The notes: a model not told the origin generated them from the letters alone. Positions 8,786 to 19,141 are shown, counted from the first letter of the stretch. The stretch: 58,366 nucleotides of DNA from Bacteroidota bacterium (GCA_040264895.1 JBDQHL010000004.1:1-58366); one strand, 5' to 3'. Program-made: numbers and translations.

Positions 8786-9894
8786 GTATGTTAGAAACTA
8801 TATCTGAATTGGAACACCACTTAAGGCCAATGATAGCTTACTTGCCAGCAGATGCTGCATCACGCATAGCCTCGTTAGGTAAAAGAGAGTTTCTAAAAAA
8901 ATATGTTCAAGACTCACTTGACAACAGAGTTGTGTTTAGTGATAATCACTCGGTAAAACTGTGGGATATTACTTTCAACTCACCAATATTCAACGCTGCT
9001 GGTATGTTCAAACTGGGTTATGGTTACCAGGTAGTAGCAAACCAAGGTGCAGGTGCTTTTCTTGCCGGGACTACAACATTTCACAATCGCGAAGGAAATA
9101 TAAAACACAAGGTTAAGCATCCATTTTTGCCATTTCCTCGCTCAGAAGCTGCAATTAACTGGATGGGGCTTCCCAACCCAGGGCACGAAGTAGTTGCTGC
9201 AAGACTTAGTAAAATAAACAAAATGAATGGATGTCCTGTTGGCGCATCATTATCCTACGACTCTACTGATACAAAAGAAATAGCACTTAAGAATATAGTC
9301 AAAGGAATGGAGATGTATATGTTGGCAGACGTTGATTTCATAGAGATAAATGAAAGCTGCCCTAATGTAGAAGGAAAGTCAGTTGACAATAATTTAGAAC
9401 AAGGATTGATAGATAGATTAGAATATATATCAACGAACTTCATTAAGAATACCGAAAGAAATCTACCCGTAATCGTAAAGCTTTCCAACGATACCAATAT
9501 CGCTCAAGTAGAAGAAGTTACAAAATTATTAATTGATATGGGTTATGGTGGTGTTAACTTTGGAAATACATCTACCCGATACAAAGATTTAGAGAATTTT
9601 ATAGACAGAAAAGAAAAACACCATTATTATTACTTTTATAATACTTTTGGTGGGGGTGTGTCTGGCGAACCATTAAAAATGGTTTCTCTTGAGTTAGCTG
9701 AAAAGGCCGCAAGTACAGTATCTGAGATCAGTTTAAGTAATGAATTTCACGTTATCAGAACTGGTGGAATCAGTGAAAAAGCTGATATTTTGGCTTCTGA
9801 AAGAAGGGGAATATCACTCAATCAATGGTACACTGGTTATTTTAAAAACTTTGCTCTGAATGGTCACAAGCTTTATAAAAAATTATTAGACTAA
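8782..9894 (+). CDS. dihydroorotate dehydrogenase-family (class-2-like scaffold) TIM-barrel flavoprotein, divergent
   Basis: DHODH-like blocks: FNSPIFNAAGMFK, INWMGLPNPG, IEINESCPNV, GGGVSGEPLK and IRTGGI. The start overlaps the rpoN stop (ATGA). Confidence 0.6.
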   Translation: MSMLETISELEHHLRPMIAYLPADAASRIASLGKREFLKKYVQDSLDNRVVFSDNHSVKLWDITFNSPIFNAAGMFKLGYGYQVVANQGAGAFLAGTTTFHNREGNIKHKVKHPFLPFPRSEAAINWMGLPNPGHEVVAARLSKINKMNGCPVGASLSYDSTDTKEIALKNIVKGMEMYMLADVDFIEINESCPNVEGKSVDNNLEQGLIDRLEYISTNFIKNTERNLPVIVKLSNDTNIAQVEEVTKLLIDMGYGGVNFGNTSTRYKDLENFIDRKEKHHYYYFYNTFGGGVSGEPLKMVSLELAEKAASTVSEISLSNEFHVIRTGGISEKADILASERRGISLNQWYTGYFKNFALNGHKLYKKLLD

Positions 9895-10826
9895 GTAACT
9901 GCCCAAAGTGAATCAGCGAAAAAATGCCTACAGTCATAGAAGTTTTTTATTTTCTTAAAGCCAGTTTTAGCAGCTAATTCCTCTGTCTGCTGTTCTGTGT
10001 ACTTCTTCGATACTTCCATAAATATGGGTTCAGCATATTCTAATTGAAACTCATGTGCTCCAATTATAACTTTCTGCTTAGCCATACTAATCAGATAGCT
10101 TTTTGCTTCACCTGTAGATGGGTCATAAGTAGGATAATGCTTGAATTTAGTCAAATCAAAATTGCCACCCAACTCATCGTTTATTCTTTGAAGTAAATTT
10201 AGGTTGAACTTGGCTGTAATGCCTGTCCTATCATTGTATGCGTCTAATATTATGTTCGGATCTTTTCTTAGGTCAAACCCAATATATATGTAGTCGTTTT
10301 TGGTTAAGTTTTGGCTGATTGCTTTAAGAAATTCGAATTCCTGCTCATCTTTGAAATTCCCAATATTTGAACCAAGGAATAATACAATTTTTGTTGTATT
10401 TTTTTTAGATAAAGATTCTAATGCTGAAAAATAATCATTGTTGTGGAGGTTAATATTAAGGTTTGGCAAGTCTTTTTTAAAGTTTGATTCTAATCCATCT
10501 AATGCAGATTTGCTAATATCAATGGGTGAATAGATTAAATCTGGCTGATGTTTTAGAAACTCTTTGAGTAGTAGCTTTGTTTTACTACCATCACCTGCTC
10601 CAAATTCGACTATCTCATATTTCTTTGTACTGTCAATTGTGTGGTATATTTCTTCTGATTGTGTTTCCAATATTTCATATTCTGAGTTTGTTAAGTAATA
10701 CTCTGGCATGTCCATTATCATCTGGAATAGTTTACTACCTTCTTGATTATAGAAGTATTTGGATGGTAATTTCTTTGGGTTCTGACTTAGGTGATTTACT
10801 ATATCTTGTAAAAAAGTATCTTGCAT
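9891..10826 (-). CDS. EgtD-like SAM-dependent N-methyltransferase (histidine N-alpha-methyltransferase family)
   Basis: 311 aa. The N-terminal LPSKYFYNQEGSKLFQMIMDMPEYYLTNSEYEIL, the SAM motif IVEFGAGDGSKT and YSPIDIS match the EgtD/Methyltransf_33 pattern. Confidence 0.65.
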   Translation of the reverse strand: MQDTFLQDIVNHLSQNPKKLPSKYFYNQEGSKLFQMIMDMPEYYLTNSEYEILETQSEEIYHTIDSTKKYEIVEFGAGDGSKTKLLLKEFLKHQPDLIYSPIDISKSALDGLESNFKKDLPNLNINLHNNDYFSALESLSKKNTTKIVLFLGSNIGNFKDEQEFEFLKAISQNLTKNDYIYIGFDLRKDPNIILDAYNDRTGITAKFNLNLLQRINDELGGNFDLTKFKHYPTYDPSTGEAKSYLISMAKQKVIIGAHEFQLEYAEPIFMEVSKKYTEQQTEELAAKTGFKKIKNFYDCRHFFADSLWAVT

Positions 10827-10901
10827 TTTGTCTTTGTTGTTTTCAATAAAGATACTGATTAATATTCTAAATATATAAAGTGGAGTGTAATGTGATTAAC
10901 A

Positions 10902-11393
10902 CTAATGACATTTAAAATGTTCAAAGGGTTGATCACAATCATTGCAGAAATATAGTGATTTGCAAGCAGTGGCAGAAAATTCAGCCCTCATCTCTGTATT
11001 GTCAGAGTTGCAGAATGGACAGGCAACAGAGTCGGTATTATTCAGAATATTGTCAATGCTGAATTCATTTGTTTTCCCAGGAGGTGCTATTCCTGATTCC
11101 TTTAGTTTTTCTTTAGCCTCATCACTCATCCAGTCAGTAGTCCATGCTGGAGAAAGTACAGTTTCTACCTTTACTCTTTCTACTCCATTAGCTCTTAGTT
11201 CTTCTACTATTCTTTTTCGGATTTCATACATAGCTGGGCAACCAGAATAAGTAGGTGTTACGGTGATAATAGCTACATCTTCTTCGATTCTGGCTCCACG
11301 CAATATACCCATGTCAGCGATGCTGAGATAAGGAATCTCAGGATCGCTAACATTTTCGAGTATTTTTAATATGTTTTCTTCAGTTATTACCAT
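10902..11393 (-). CDS. paaD: 1,2-phenylacetyl-CoA epoxidase subunit D
   Basis: 163 aa. DUF59/MIP18-like N-terminus (DPEIPYLSIADMGILRG) plus a C-terminal Cys cluster (CPFC...CNDC). Located in the paaABCD gene order. Confidence 0.85.
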   Translation of the reverse strand: MVITEENILKILENVSDPEIPYLSIADMGILRGARIEEDVAIITVTPTYSGCPAMYEIRKRIVEELRANGVERVKVETVLSPAWTTDWMSDEAKEKLKESGIAPPGKTNEFSIDNILNNTDSVACPFCNSDNTEMRAEFSATACKSLYFCNDCDQPFEHFKCH

Positions 11394-12163
11394 TTAGCAT
11401 CAGGCATAGACCTAGGCAGATATTGCATAGCAGCAAGGATATGACCTAAGCTTTCGCTATGTCTTCCATTTCTTCCACCAGACTGCATCCATACATCAGG
11501 ATCCATTTCATCTAGTTCACTTTCTTCTAATATTTTATTTACTGTCTTATAGTACTCATCACGCTTCTTACTCATATCTGGGGCAATCCCTTCATTTATT
11601 AGAAGTTCATCAACTTCATCCGAGTAAAAAAGTTCACCTGAATAACTCCAAAACCAGTCTACAGCATCTTTCATTCTTCTGTGACTTTCTTCTGTGCCGC
11701 CACCAAGTTTTAGCATCCAATCGCGACTGTGGCGTAAGTGATATTTAGTTTCTTTGATTGCTTTAGCAGCTATAGCTTTTAGGTCTTCATCTTTACTGTT
11801 TACTAAGTCGGAGTAGAGTAATATCTCATACACATCGAACAATAGCTGTCTGAATATAGTGTGAGCAAAATCACCATTGTCTTGTTCAACTATTTGAACA
11901 TTGGTGAATTCTCTTTCATTTCTAAAAAATACCAAATCATCAGCACTTGTATTTTCGTTAGTCAACTCTGCTGCTTTCTCATAGTACAACTTAGCCTGAC
12001 CTAATAGGTCAAGAGCTGTATTCGTAGTAGCTATATCTTCTTCCAATATGGGACCATGACCACAAAGCTCAGACAAACGTTGTGACAATATCATTCTATC
12101 GTCTGCTAATCTTATGGTATATTCCCTTACAGCATTTTTTAATTTATCATCAGTGTACGTCAA
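11387..12163 (-). CDS. paaC: 1,2-phenylacetyl-CoA epoxidase subunit C
   Basis: 258 aa ferritin-like helical protein lying between paaB and paaD. It overlaps both neighbours, consistent with an operon. Confidence 0.85.
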   Translation of the reverse strand: MTYTDDKLKNAVREYTIRLADDRMILSQRLSELCGHGPILEEDIATTNTALDLLGQAKLYYEKAAELTNENTSADDLVFFRNEREFTNVQIVEQDNGDFAHTIFRQLLFDVYEILLYSDLVNSKDEDLKAIAAKAIKETKYHLRHSRDWMLKLGGGTEESHRRMKDAVDWFWSYSGELFYSDEVDELLINEGIAPDMSKKRDEYYKTVNKILEESELDEMDPDVWMQSGGRNGRHSESLGHILAAMQYLPRSMPDAKW

Positions 12164-12455
12164 CGTTCACACCTTTTGGAATCTTATAAAATGTTGGGTG
12201 TCGATAAACCTTATCATTTGCTGGATCAAAGAAAGGACCTACATCTTCGGGTGTGCTGGCAACTATATGTTCAGCAGGAACAATCCAGATTGCAACTCCT
12301 TCTTGTCTTCTAGAATATACATCGCGCGCATTTTGTAAAGCATGCTCAGCATCAGTTGCGTGTAGGCTACCTACATGTTGATAAGGGCGACCAGACTTAG
12401 GTTGTACGAATACTTCCCAAAGTGGCCATTGTGTATCTTGATTAGTATCAGTCAT
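12150..12455 (-). CDS. paaB: 1,2-phenylacetyl-CoA epoxidase subunit B
   Basis: 101 aa with the characteristic WPLWEVFVQ...GRPYQHVGSLHA...ARDVYSRR. Confidence 0.9.
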   Translation of the reverse strand: MTDTNQDTQWPLWEVFVQPKSGRPYQHVGSLHATDAEHALQNARDVYSRRQEGVAIWIVPAEHIVASTPEDVGPFFDPANDKVYRHPTFYKIPKGVNVDVH

Positions 12456-12484
12456 AATGTTTTCTTCTTTTGTTATCTTTCTAG

Positions 12485-13420
12485 TTAAGCTACTTTACTT
12501 TTCTTCTTCTTATTATATGCATCTGCAGCATCGCGAACCCATTTCCCATTGTCATGAGCGGCATTCCTGTCAGCTAATCTCTTTTTGTTCATTATTCCAT
12601 TGCCTTTGATGACATTGAAGAATTCATCCCAATCAACTTCACCGAATTCCCATTGTTTGGTTTCTTCATTGTATTTCAAATCTTCGTCAGGAATTGTCAG
12701 GCCACGTGCATGAGCTTGTGGAACAGTCATAGTGATGAACTTTTGTCTTAATGAATCATTACCTTCAGCTTTTATCTTCCACTTAAGTGATTGGTCTGAG
12801 TGAGTAGAATCCTTGTCAGATGGGCCAAACATCATGATAGCAGGCCACCACCAACGATTAAGTGCATCCTGAGCCATTTCTTTTTGCTCTTCAGTTCCTG
12901 CACAAAGCTCAGCTATTATCTCATATCCTTGTCTGTTGTGGAATGCCTCTTCACGGCATATTCTGACCATAGCTCTCGAATAAGGTCCATAGCTAGTACC
13001 GATTAAGCTAACTTGATTTACCATTGCTGCACCGTCTACTAACCAGCCAATAGCACCCATATCTGCCCATGTTAAAGTCGGGTAGTTAAATATAGATGAA
13101 TATTTTGCTTTACCACTATGTAGGTCTGCTAATAATTGCTCTCGTGGTGTGCCTAACGTTTCGGCAGCCGAGTACAAATACAAACCATGCCCAGCTTCGT
13201 CTTGCACTTTTGCCGTAGCGATTAATTTACGTCTCAATGAAGGAGCTCTTTGAATCCAGTTTCCTTCTGGTAGCATGCCAACTATCTCGCTGTGAGCATG
13301 CTGTGACATCATTCGAACTAAGTTCTTACGATATGCATCAGGCATCCAATCTTTTGGCTCTATTTTTTCGCCAGCGTCGATTTTTGCCTGAAACTCTTCT
13401 AATCTTTTAATATCTTCCAT
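12485..13420 (-). CDS. paaA: 1,2-phenylacetyl-CoA epoxidase catalytic subunit A
   Basis: 311 aa di-iron oxygenase pattern (HAHSEIVG...DEAGHG...EEAFH) typical of PaaA. Confidence 0.95.
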   Translation of the reverse strand: MEDIKRLEEFQAKIDAGEKIEPKDWMPDAYRKNLVRMMSQHAHSEIVGMLPEGNWIQRAPSLRRKLIATAKVQDEAGHGLYLYSAAETLGTPREQLLADLHSGKAKYSSIFNYPTLTWADMGAIGWLVDGAAMVNQVSLIGTSYGPYSRAMVRICREEAFHNRQGYEIIAELCAGTEEQKEMAQDALNRWWWPAIMMFGPSDKDSTHSDQSLKWKIKAEGNDSLRQKFITMTVPQAHARGLTIPDEDLKYNEETKQWEFGEVDWDEFFNVIKGNGIMNKKRLADRNAAHDNGKWVRDAADAYNKKKKSKVA

Positions 13421-13561
13421 AATTTTTTCTATGTATGTTAATTTTCGGTTTCTATAATATAATAATTATACGAATTAGTTACAATCTTATTTAAAAGCAA
13501 ATTTTCTAATTCAAATAATTATCCATATATTTAGCTAAATAAATAATTTGGAAAAGATACC

Positions 13562-14546
13562 ATGAAGAGAATTGTACTACTATTACTATTAACCAGTTTC
13601 ATTACTTTGAGTGCAAAAAATGAGATTGTTATTAAACAAAATGTTCAAAGTTTAGTGCAACATGGAGACAATGAAGGTAAGATATTCTTCGTTGCTTTTC
13701 CTTATAATGATTACAAACAACAACCAACTCAAAACTTGGCTATCTATGTTACTTCAAGATTTGACACTGAAGTAACCGTATATAATGAGGAATTAGCTTT
13801 AAATGTGACTAAAAGTGTGAAGAGAGGAGAAACAACAGAATTTTCCTCCGTCAAAGGCGGACTTAGTTGGGATGCAGAAATATATGATTTTGAAGAAGTT
13901 ATTGGCAAAGGTGTTAGGATTATCTCTAAGGACCCAGTAAAAGTCTACGTTTTAAACTCAAAAAATGTCACTAGTGAAGGATATATGGCTGCACCACTTA
14001 GAAAATGGGGAACTGAATATATTCATAATAGCTCTTATGATTTTGATGAAGTGAGAGAGTGGGGTGGTGGATTTGTTGTATTAGCTAGAGATGATGCCAC
14101 CAGTAGACTCGTGGGGTTCGGAGTATCACTCACTTGAATTAGATAGAGGAAAAGATAAGGGTGATTATTTTAGAGTTGTTGCAGGTGAAGATAATGTCAC
14201 GTTCGAAATCGTGTGGTACGATAAAGAAACTAAAGAAAGAATTTCTGATATTGGTCCAATTACACTTCCTAAAAAAGGAAACTGGTTTGAATATAACGGT
14301 GCTGGTGCTATAACTTCAATAGAGGACTCAGGTACTAGAGAAATTAGAATTTTAGACCCTCAACCAATAGTAAGCAACAGATTAAACATAGAGCTACCAA
14401 ATTACTTGAATAATACTTTAACTCTATCTGATATAGAGGGGAATATATTAAGAACGGTAGATGCAAATGGAAGCCAAATATCGATAGATATTTCGGATCT
14501 TTCTAGTGGTGCTTACTTCATAAATATATCAGATGGCAAGAGCTAA
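13562..14546 (+). pseudogene. frameshifted secreted protein (IgGFc-binding-N-terminal-like repeats) with T9SS C-terminal sorting domain
   Basis: Two overlapping ORFs (13562-14137 in frame 2, 14091-14546 in frame 0). The first has a signal peptide and a WGTEY motif. The second repeats WGSEY and ends in a T9SS CTD-like segment (LNIELP...LTLSDIEGNILR...LSSGAYFINISDGK). The frame change must lie between the frame-0 stop at 14082-14084 and the frame-2 stop at 14135-14137. Confidence 0.55.
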
Positions 14547-14627
14547 GTAACTAAGAAGTTTATGATAAAGAGGTAGACTAGTCAACAATAAATGTATGAC
14601 CTTTTATATAGGAGTATTATTATTTTA

Positions 14628-15902
14628 CTACATATCCAATAACAAATCGTGAAACTCACTATACCTACTCAGTTTGTTATTGGCACTCGTTAACAAAAGT
14701 AAAGTTTTTTTATCTAAATCCAAATCTATCCGTTTTGGGTTTAGTTTATTTATATTTTTTAATATAACATTTATTTTAATATCATTCAATTCACAAATAT
14801 ACAGTAAGTCTATTTTTTCACTCGAAATAGATTTATTAATCTCTATATAATCATCTATATTTTTCTCATATACATAGCTCACTGTATCATCGGAGTGGAA
14901 AGTAGTTAGTAAATTTAAATTATGCTTTACTACTAAGCTGGACATATATTTATTAGTTAAGTATAGATCTTCTTTTGATTTAGATACCAACGTATATACA
15001 TAGCACCCTTTCTTTATTGTTATTGCTGGATTATTATCCTTTCGTCCTTCTGTTATGTGTGTTACTTTTTCTGAAGCTTGAAAAGTATTTCTAATTGAGA
15101 CAGGAATTCCGGTTTTCATAGTTGGCTTTAAGGTGTCTGGATGAATTACCTTTGCTCCGAAGAAAGCCATTTTACTTAGGTTAGTTATATTGACATAGTC
15201 CTTAGTTTTGGCGTTTTTTATTATCTTAGGGTCAGCAGTCATAACACCTGATACATCTGTCCATATCTGTAACTCTTCAGCACCTAACTCAGCTGCAAGA
15301 ATAGATGCGGAATAATCTGAACCACCCCTTCCAAGATTGGAGATTTTGCCTTCATTGTTTTTGCATATAAACCCTTGTGTTATAATTATACCAGAGTTTA
15401 AGAGTTTATTTTTAATATCATCAGAACTAGAAAGTAGGTAAACTCCATCAACTTTGTTATAAATCAAATGATCTGTGATATCAAGTAATGAGCATTTATG
15501 GTTTTTAGAATAAAAGCTATAAAAAATACTAGTTGATATCCGCTCACCGAATGATACAATTTTATCAGCTACTTTTTCAGAGATGAATCCTAATAAAGCA
15601 ATACCTTCCATTAACTTTTCTATCGCAGCAATGTATTTTTGTATTTGTTCTTTTTCGGCATCTTTCAGTTCTAAATCATCGCAAATCGAGAATACATTTA
15701 GACTAATTTGTTTTAATTTATTTTTCGCTTCAGATTGATTATGTGGCAGGTATCCAATTAGCTCAATTAGTGCATCTGTTACACCAGCATTTGCTGATAA
15801 AACGACAAGCTTGTTTCCTGGTTGACTTTCAATAGCACTAGCGACTAATCTGATAGACTCAGAAGTTCCAACAGAAGTGCCACCAAATTTCATGACAACC
15901 AT
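14628..15902 (-). CDS. lysC: aspartate kinase
   Basis: MVVMKFGGTSVG N-terminus, GRGGSDYSA and a kinase core. The C-terminal ACT-like regulatory part is divergent. Confidence 0.9.
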   Translation of the reverse strand: MVVMKFGGTSVGTSESIRLVASAIESQPGNKLVVLSANAGVTDALIELIGYLPHNQSEAKNKLKQISLNVFSICDDLELKDAEKEQIQKYIAAIEKLMEGIALLGFISEKVADKIVSFGERISTSIFYSFYSKNHKCSLLDITDHLIYNKVDGVYLLSSSDDIKNKLLNSGIIITQGFICKNNEGKISNLGRGGSDYSASILAAELGAEELQIWTDVSGVMTADPKIIKNAKTKDYVNITNLSKMAFFGAKVIHPDTLKPTMKTGIPVSIRNTFQASEKVTHITEGRKDNNPAITIKKGCYVYTLVSKSKEDLYLTNKYMSSLVVKHNLNLLTTFHSDDTVSYVYEKNIDDYIEINKSISSEKIDLLYICELNDIKINVILKNINKLNPKRIDLDLDKKTLLLLTSANNKLSRYSEFHDLLLDM

Positions 15903-16499
15903 TTACAGCTCCAATATTGGTGCCAGGTGCTCTGCATCAGTTAAATGAACTAATACTTGATCTTCAACCAAAGTAGCAACTGCTTTTTTGGCTTCTTGCA
16001 ATTCTATTTCATGTTTATAAGCAAAATGCCATATATCAATTCCACCATAGTGGATCTCTAATGCAAGAAGTTGGCTGGGAGTAAGTCCTTTTCGCTCTAT
16101 AAATCTTGTTTTTGCTGCTTCTACCATTACATCAGATTCAGCATCTACCATTAATTGAGGTGCAAAGTAGTAATTGTCTATAGTTTGCAAGTCGCAAATT
16201 GGAAATCCACGACCATCTTTTTCTAATAAACGAGGGAGAAATTCTATAGAAACTATGTAAGGATCTTCTTCATCTTTCCATAGGTCATTCCACACAAGAG
16301 TATCTTTTTCTTTTAGCCAGTGGAAAAACTCTATTTCGAACTCTGGTAATCTAAATAACCGAGAATGGTTAAATTCTTGTTTTAGAAGAGTGCCATAATC
16401 TTTTTCCATTTTCAAGAATACATCTTCGGGAATTGTAAGCACACCTTCGTTGTTGACAAGCTTTGCAAAAAAATCTATTATTTGTTCGTTGCTATCCAT
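15903..16499 (-). CDS. hypothetical acidic cytoplasmic protein
   Basis: 198 aa with no TM helix or signal peptide. Its stop codon directly abuts the lysC ATG. No family recognised. Confidence 0.45.
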   Translation of the reverse strand: MDSNEQIIDFFAKLVNNEGVLTIPEDVFLKMEKDYGTLLKQEFNHSRLFRLPEFEIEFFHWLKEKDTLVWNDLWKDEEDPYIVSIEFLPRLLEKDGRGFPICDLQTIDNYYFAPQLMVDAESDVMVEAAKTRFIERKGLTPSQLLALEIHYGGIDIWHFAYKHEIELQEAKKAVATLVEDQVLVHLTDAEHLAPILEL

Positions 16500-16555
16500 A
16501 AATCTATATTTTGTTTTTAACCTATAACGAAGTAAACCTTTACTAATTTGAAGAC

Positions 16556-19141
16556 TTACTCAGCTTTAGCTTCTCCTTTTTCTTTTTCCTCTTTCCATAA
16601 CATAAACAGAGAGCCAAATAATGCTAACACAACTAATATATTAGTGACAAGCGAAGCTGTTTTCCCAGTTTCAAACTTAGGTGATTCGTATATCAATTCT
16701 ATTGTGTGGCTTCCTTTGTCTAATACTAATCCACGCATAAAGTAATTTGACTTGACAATTTCTACTTCATTACCATCTACATAAGCATGCCAATTAGGAA
16801 AGTAAACTTCACTAAGTAACAAAAAGTTTGTTCCAGTAGCATTTGCTTTCAGAGTAATTTTTTCATTCTTATATTCTGTTATCTCTACACTATTTGCTTC
16901 TGTAGTTGGTTGTATGTTATTGTCAATTCCTTCTTCTAAAAATACAATTTTTCTTGGGTCGAAATTCGTAGTCACACCTTGACCATATTGCATTTTTTGT
17001 AGAATAGAAAGTCCATCACTAACGCCAACGCTATCAACAAAGAAAGCCCTTGGCAAATAAGAAGGATTTAGATAAACAAATGCTTGTTCTTGTTGCGATT
17101 GGAACACAGGCCTCATACCAGGTATTTGTCTTCTATCAATTATATATTTTACATTTAGTAAGTTCCACATAAATGGATTAGTAACACCAGAAGTACTTCC
17201 ACCAGAAGTTACATCCATCATATCTTGGTAAACTCTAAGCTTAGCTGAATGGTACCCACCAACATTTTCTAATAACCAAAAAGCTGCCGCATTTGGTGTA
17301 GGCGATACAAAATCAGCTATTCTGAATTTTTCCTCAGTATCTTGCTTGATAAAGTTAATCCAATCTTTGGAGTGGAACACTTGGTCTGTAATCGATCTTT
17401 CTGCGACATCCATTGGGCGACTATCTACCTTCCATAAATCAAATACTAGTATAAATATTAATCCACCCATCAGTATTGGCTTTTTAATCTTATTTGTAGT
17501 AAACAAGTAAATCAGTGCACCAGCTAATAACATTAGAACTGCATTATTGAACCAGTCGCTCATCATATTAGACCAAACAAAATCAGAGTATTCTGTTTTG
17601 AATTGCTCTTTGTACTGATCTGGCATACTTTGTAACATTCTGTTTTTTACAAAATCAGAGTTTGTAACAGAAGACTTGTAGTTAGATTCAAAACCAATAT
17701 TATAAATTACTGCTAATGCAAAGAAAGCACCAATCGTAATTAAAAATATATTCAATGTTTTCTTCTTGTCTTTATCCATTCCTTCTTTTCTCCAGCTAAT
17801 TATGGAAGATACCCCATAGCCAGCTAAAATAGGAAATGCGAAATGAACCAAAGCCAATATCATTGATGGCGCTCGGAACTTATTGAACATAGGCACATTG
17901 TAAAAGAAGAAGTCATAGAGTATTGGCAAGGTATATCCGAATGACAATAACAATGCAAACAATGACAAAAATGCCAAGAACTGCACGAAGACATTTTTCC
18001 TATTTGTAAACACTCCAAATAAAGCCAGGAAGAATATTAGAATCCCCATATAAGGGGCAGAATCTTCTATTGGTTTTTGTCCCCAATAAGTAGGAACCTT
18101 ATTGTTAGGGTCTTGTCTTGCTATTTGTGAAAGTATAGTTCCGCCATTCTCGTCCACATCGTATTCTAATTTCCCAAATCCATAATAGTTGGGAACTAAG
18201 AACCCCATCATTTCACCCGGACTAAATGACCACATAGTTGCGTAATCGTAAGAATTGCCACCGGACTCATCTCTGGCATCATCCCCTTCTTGTACTAATG
18301 GAGCAGAACCACGAGTAGAATGTTCTGTGTAGTCGAGCATAGAGTAATATCTATCGGATGACATGATAAATGCAATAATAGTAGCACCAATCAAATATCC
18401 AGCAACTTTGGCTATACTCATCGGGTCTTTTTTGCTAATTGCGCGGCTGATAATTTCAAAAATTAAATATATACCTAAAGCTAATGCAGAATAGAATATC
18501 ATCTGAACGTGACCTGCCTCCAACATTGTGTGAAGTGACAGAACAAGTAGCAATAAGTAAATCAGACTAAATTTCTCTCGTAGCTTTTCGACAAATATAA
18601 AGGTAAATGGCAGACAAGCAAGTACTATTGGTTTTGTATTGTGTCCTATCATAATCCAGGTAATAACTGCGGTAGAAAAAATTGCAGCAAATGCAGAGAA
18701 GAAAGCCACGGAGGGCAGTTTCTCTTTCGACCTCATCATCCAATATATACCAGCTCCATAGAGTGCAAACCAGAACGCAACCCTTGCGGTGTCGCTGTTG
18801 AATAAGAATTTGAAGATAAGAGCAAAACCAAATATGATCTGATAAGCAAAGTCCCACCATCTGTCACCAGTAGTCAACATAGCCGAATAAGAAGGAGTTC
18901 CACTGAAAATATATGGAACCCAAAGAGGGAATTCACCATCTTGGTCTGCTTTTTCTAAGTAATTGGTAAAAGAGTATGATGCAAGATTATCCGATGCGTT
19001 GAAACCCCCACCTGATATAGCACTTCCTAGGAATATATATACAGATGCAAAAATAAGAGATATAAAAATAATATCCTTCGTTCTGGTGGTCATTGGTTTC
19101 TTTGCACTACTAGATTTTTGCTTAGCCATAGATTTTATCAC
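16556..19141 (-). CDS. YfhO-family large polytopic membrane protein (GT-C-like glycosyltransferase)
   Basis: 861 aa with many TM helices. The C-terminal extracytoplasmic domain (YFPNWHAYVDGNEVEIVKSNYFMRGLVLDKGSHTIELIYES) followed by a final TM helix is typical of YfhO proteins. Confidence 0.65.
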   Translation of the reverse strand: MIKSMAKQKSSSAKKPMTTRTKDIIFISLIFASVYIFLGSAISGGGFNASDNLASYSFTNYLEKADQDGEFPLWVPYIFSGTPSYSAMLTTGDRWWDFAYQIIFGFALIFKFLFNSDTARVAFWFALYGAGIYWMMRSKEKLPSVAFFSAFAAIFSTAVITWIMIGHNTKPIVLACLPFTFIFVEKLREKFSLIYLLLLVLSLHTMLEAGHVQMIFYSALALGIYLIFEIISRAISKKDPMSIAKVAGYLIGATIIAFIMSSDRYYSMLDYTEHSTRGSAPLVQEGDDARDESGGNSYDYATMWSFSPGEMMGFLVPNYYGFGKLEYDVDENGGTILSQIARQDPNNKVPTYWGQKPIEDSAPYMGILIFFLALFGVFTNRKNVFVQFLAFLSLFALLLSFGYTLPILYDFFFYNVPMFNKFRAPSMILALVHFAFPILAGYGVSSIISWRKEGMDKDKKKTLNIFLITIGAFFALAVIYNIGFESNYKSSVTNSDFVKNRMLQSMPDQYKEQFKTEYSDFVWSNMMSDWFNNAVLMLLAGALIYLFTTNKIKKPILMGGLIFILVFDLWKVDSRPMDVAERSITDQVFHSKDWINFIKQDTEEKFRIADFVSPTPNAAAFWLLENVGGYHSAKLRVYQDMMDVTSGGSTSGVTNPFMWNLLNVKYIIDRRQIPGMRPVFQSQQEQAFVYLNPSYLPRAFFVDSVGVSDGLSILQKMQYGQGVTTNFDPRKIVFLEEGIDNNIQPTTEANSVEITEYKNEKITLKANATGTNFLLLSEVYFPNWHAYVDGNEVEIVKSNYFMRGLVLDKGSHTIELIYESPKFETGKTASLVTNILVVLALFGSLFMLWKEEKEKGEAKAE

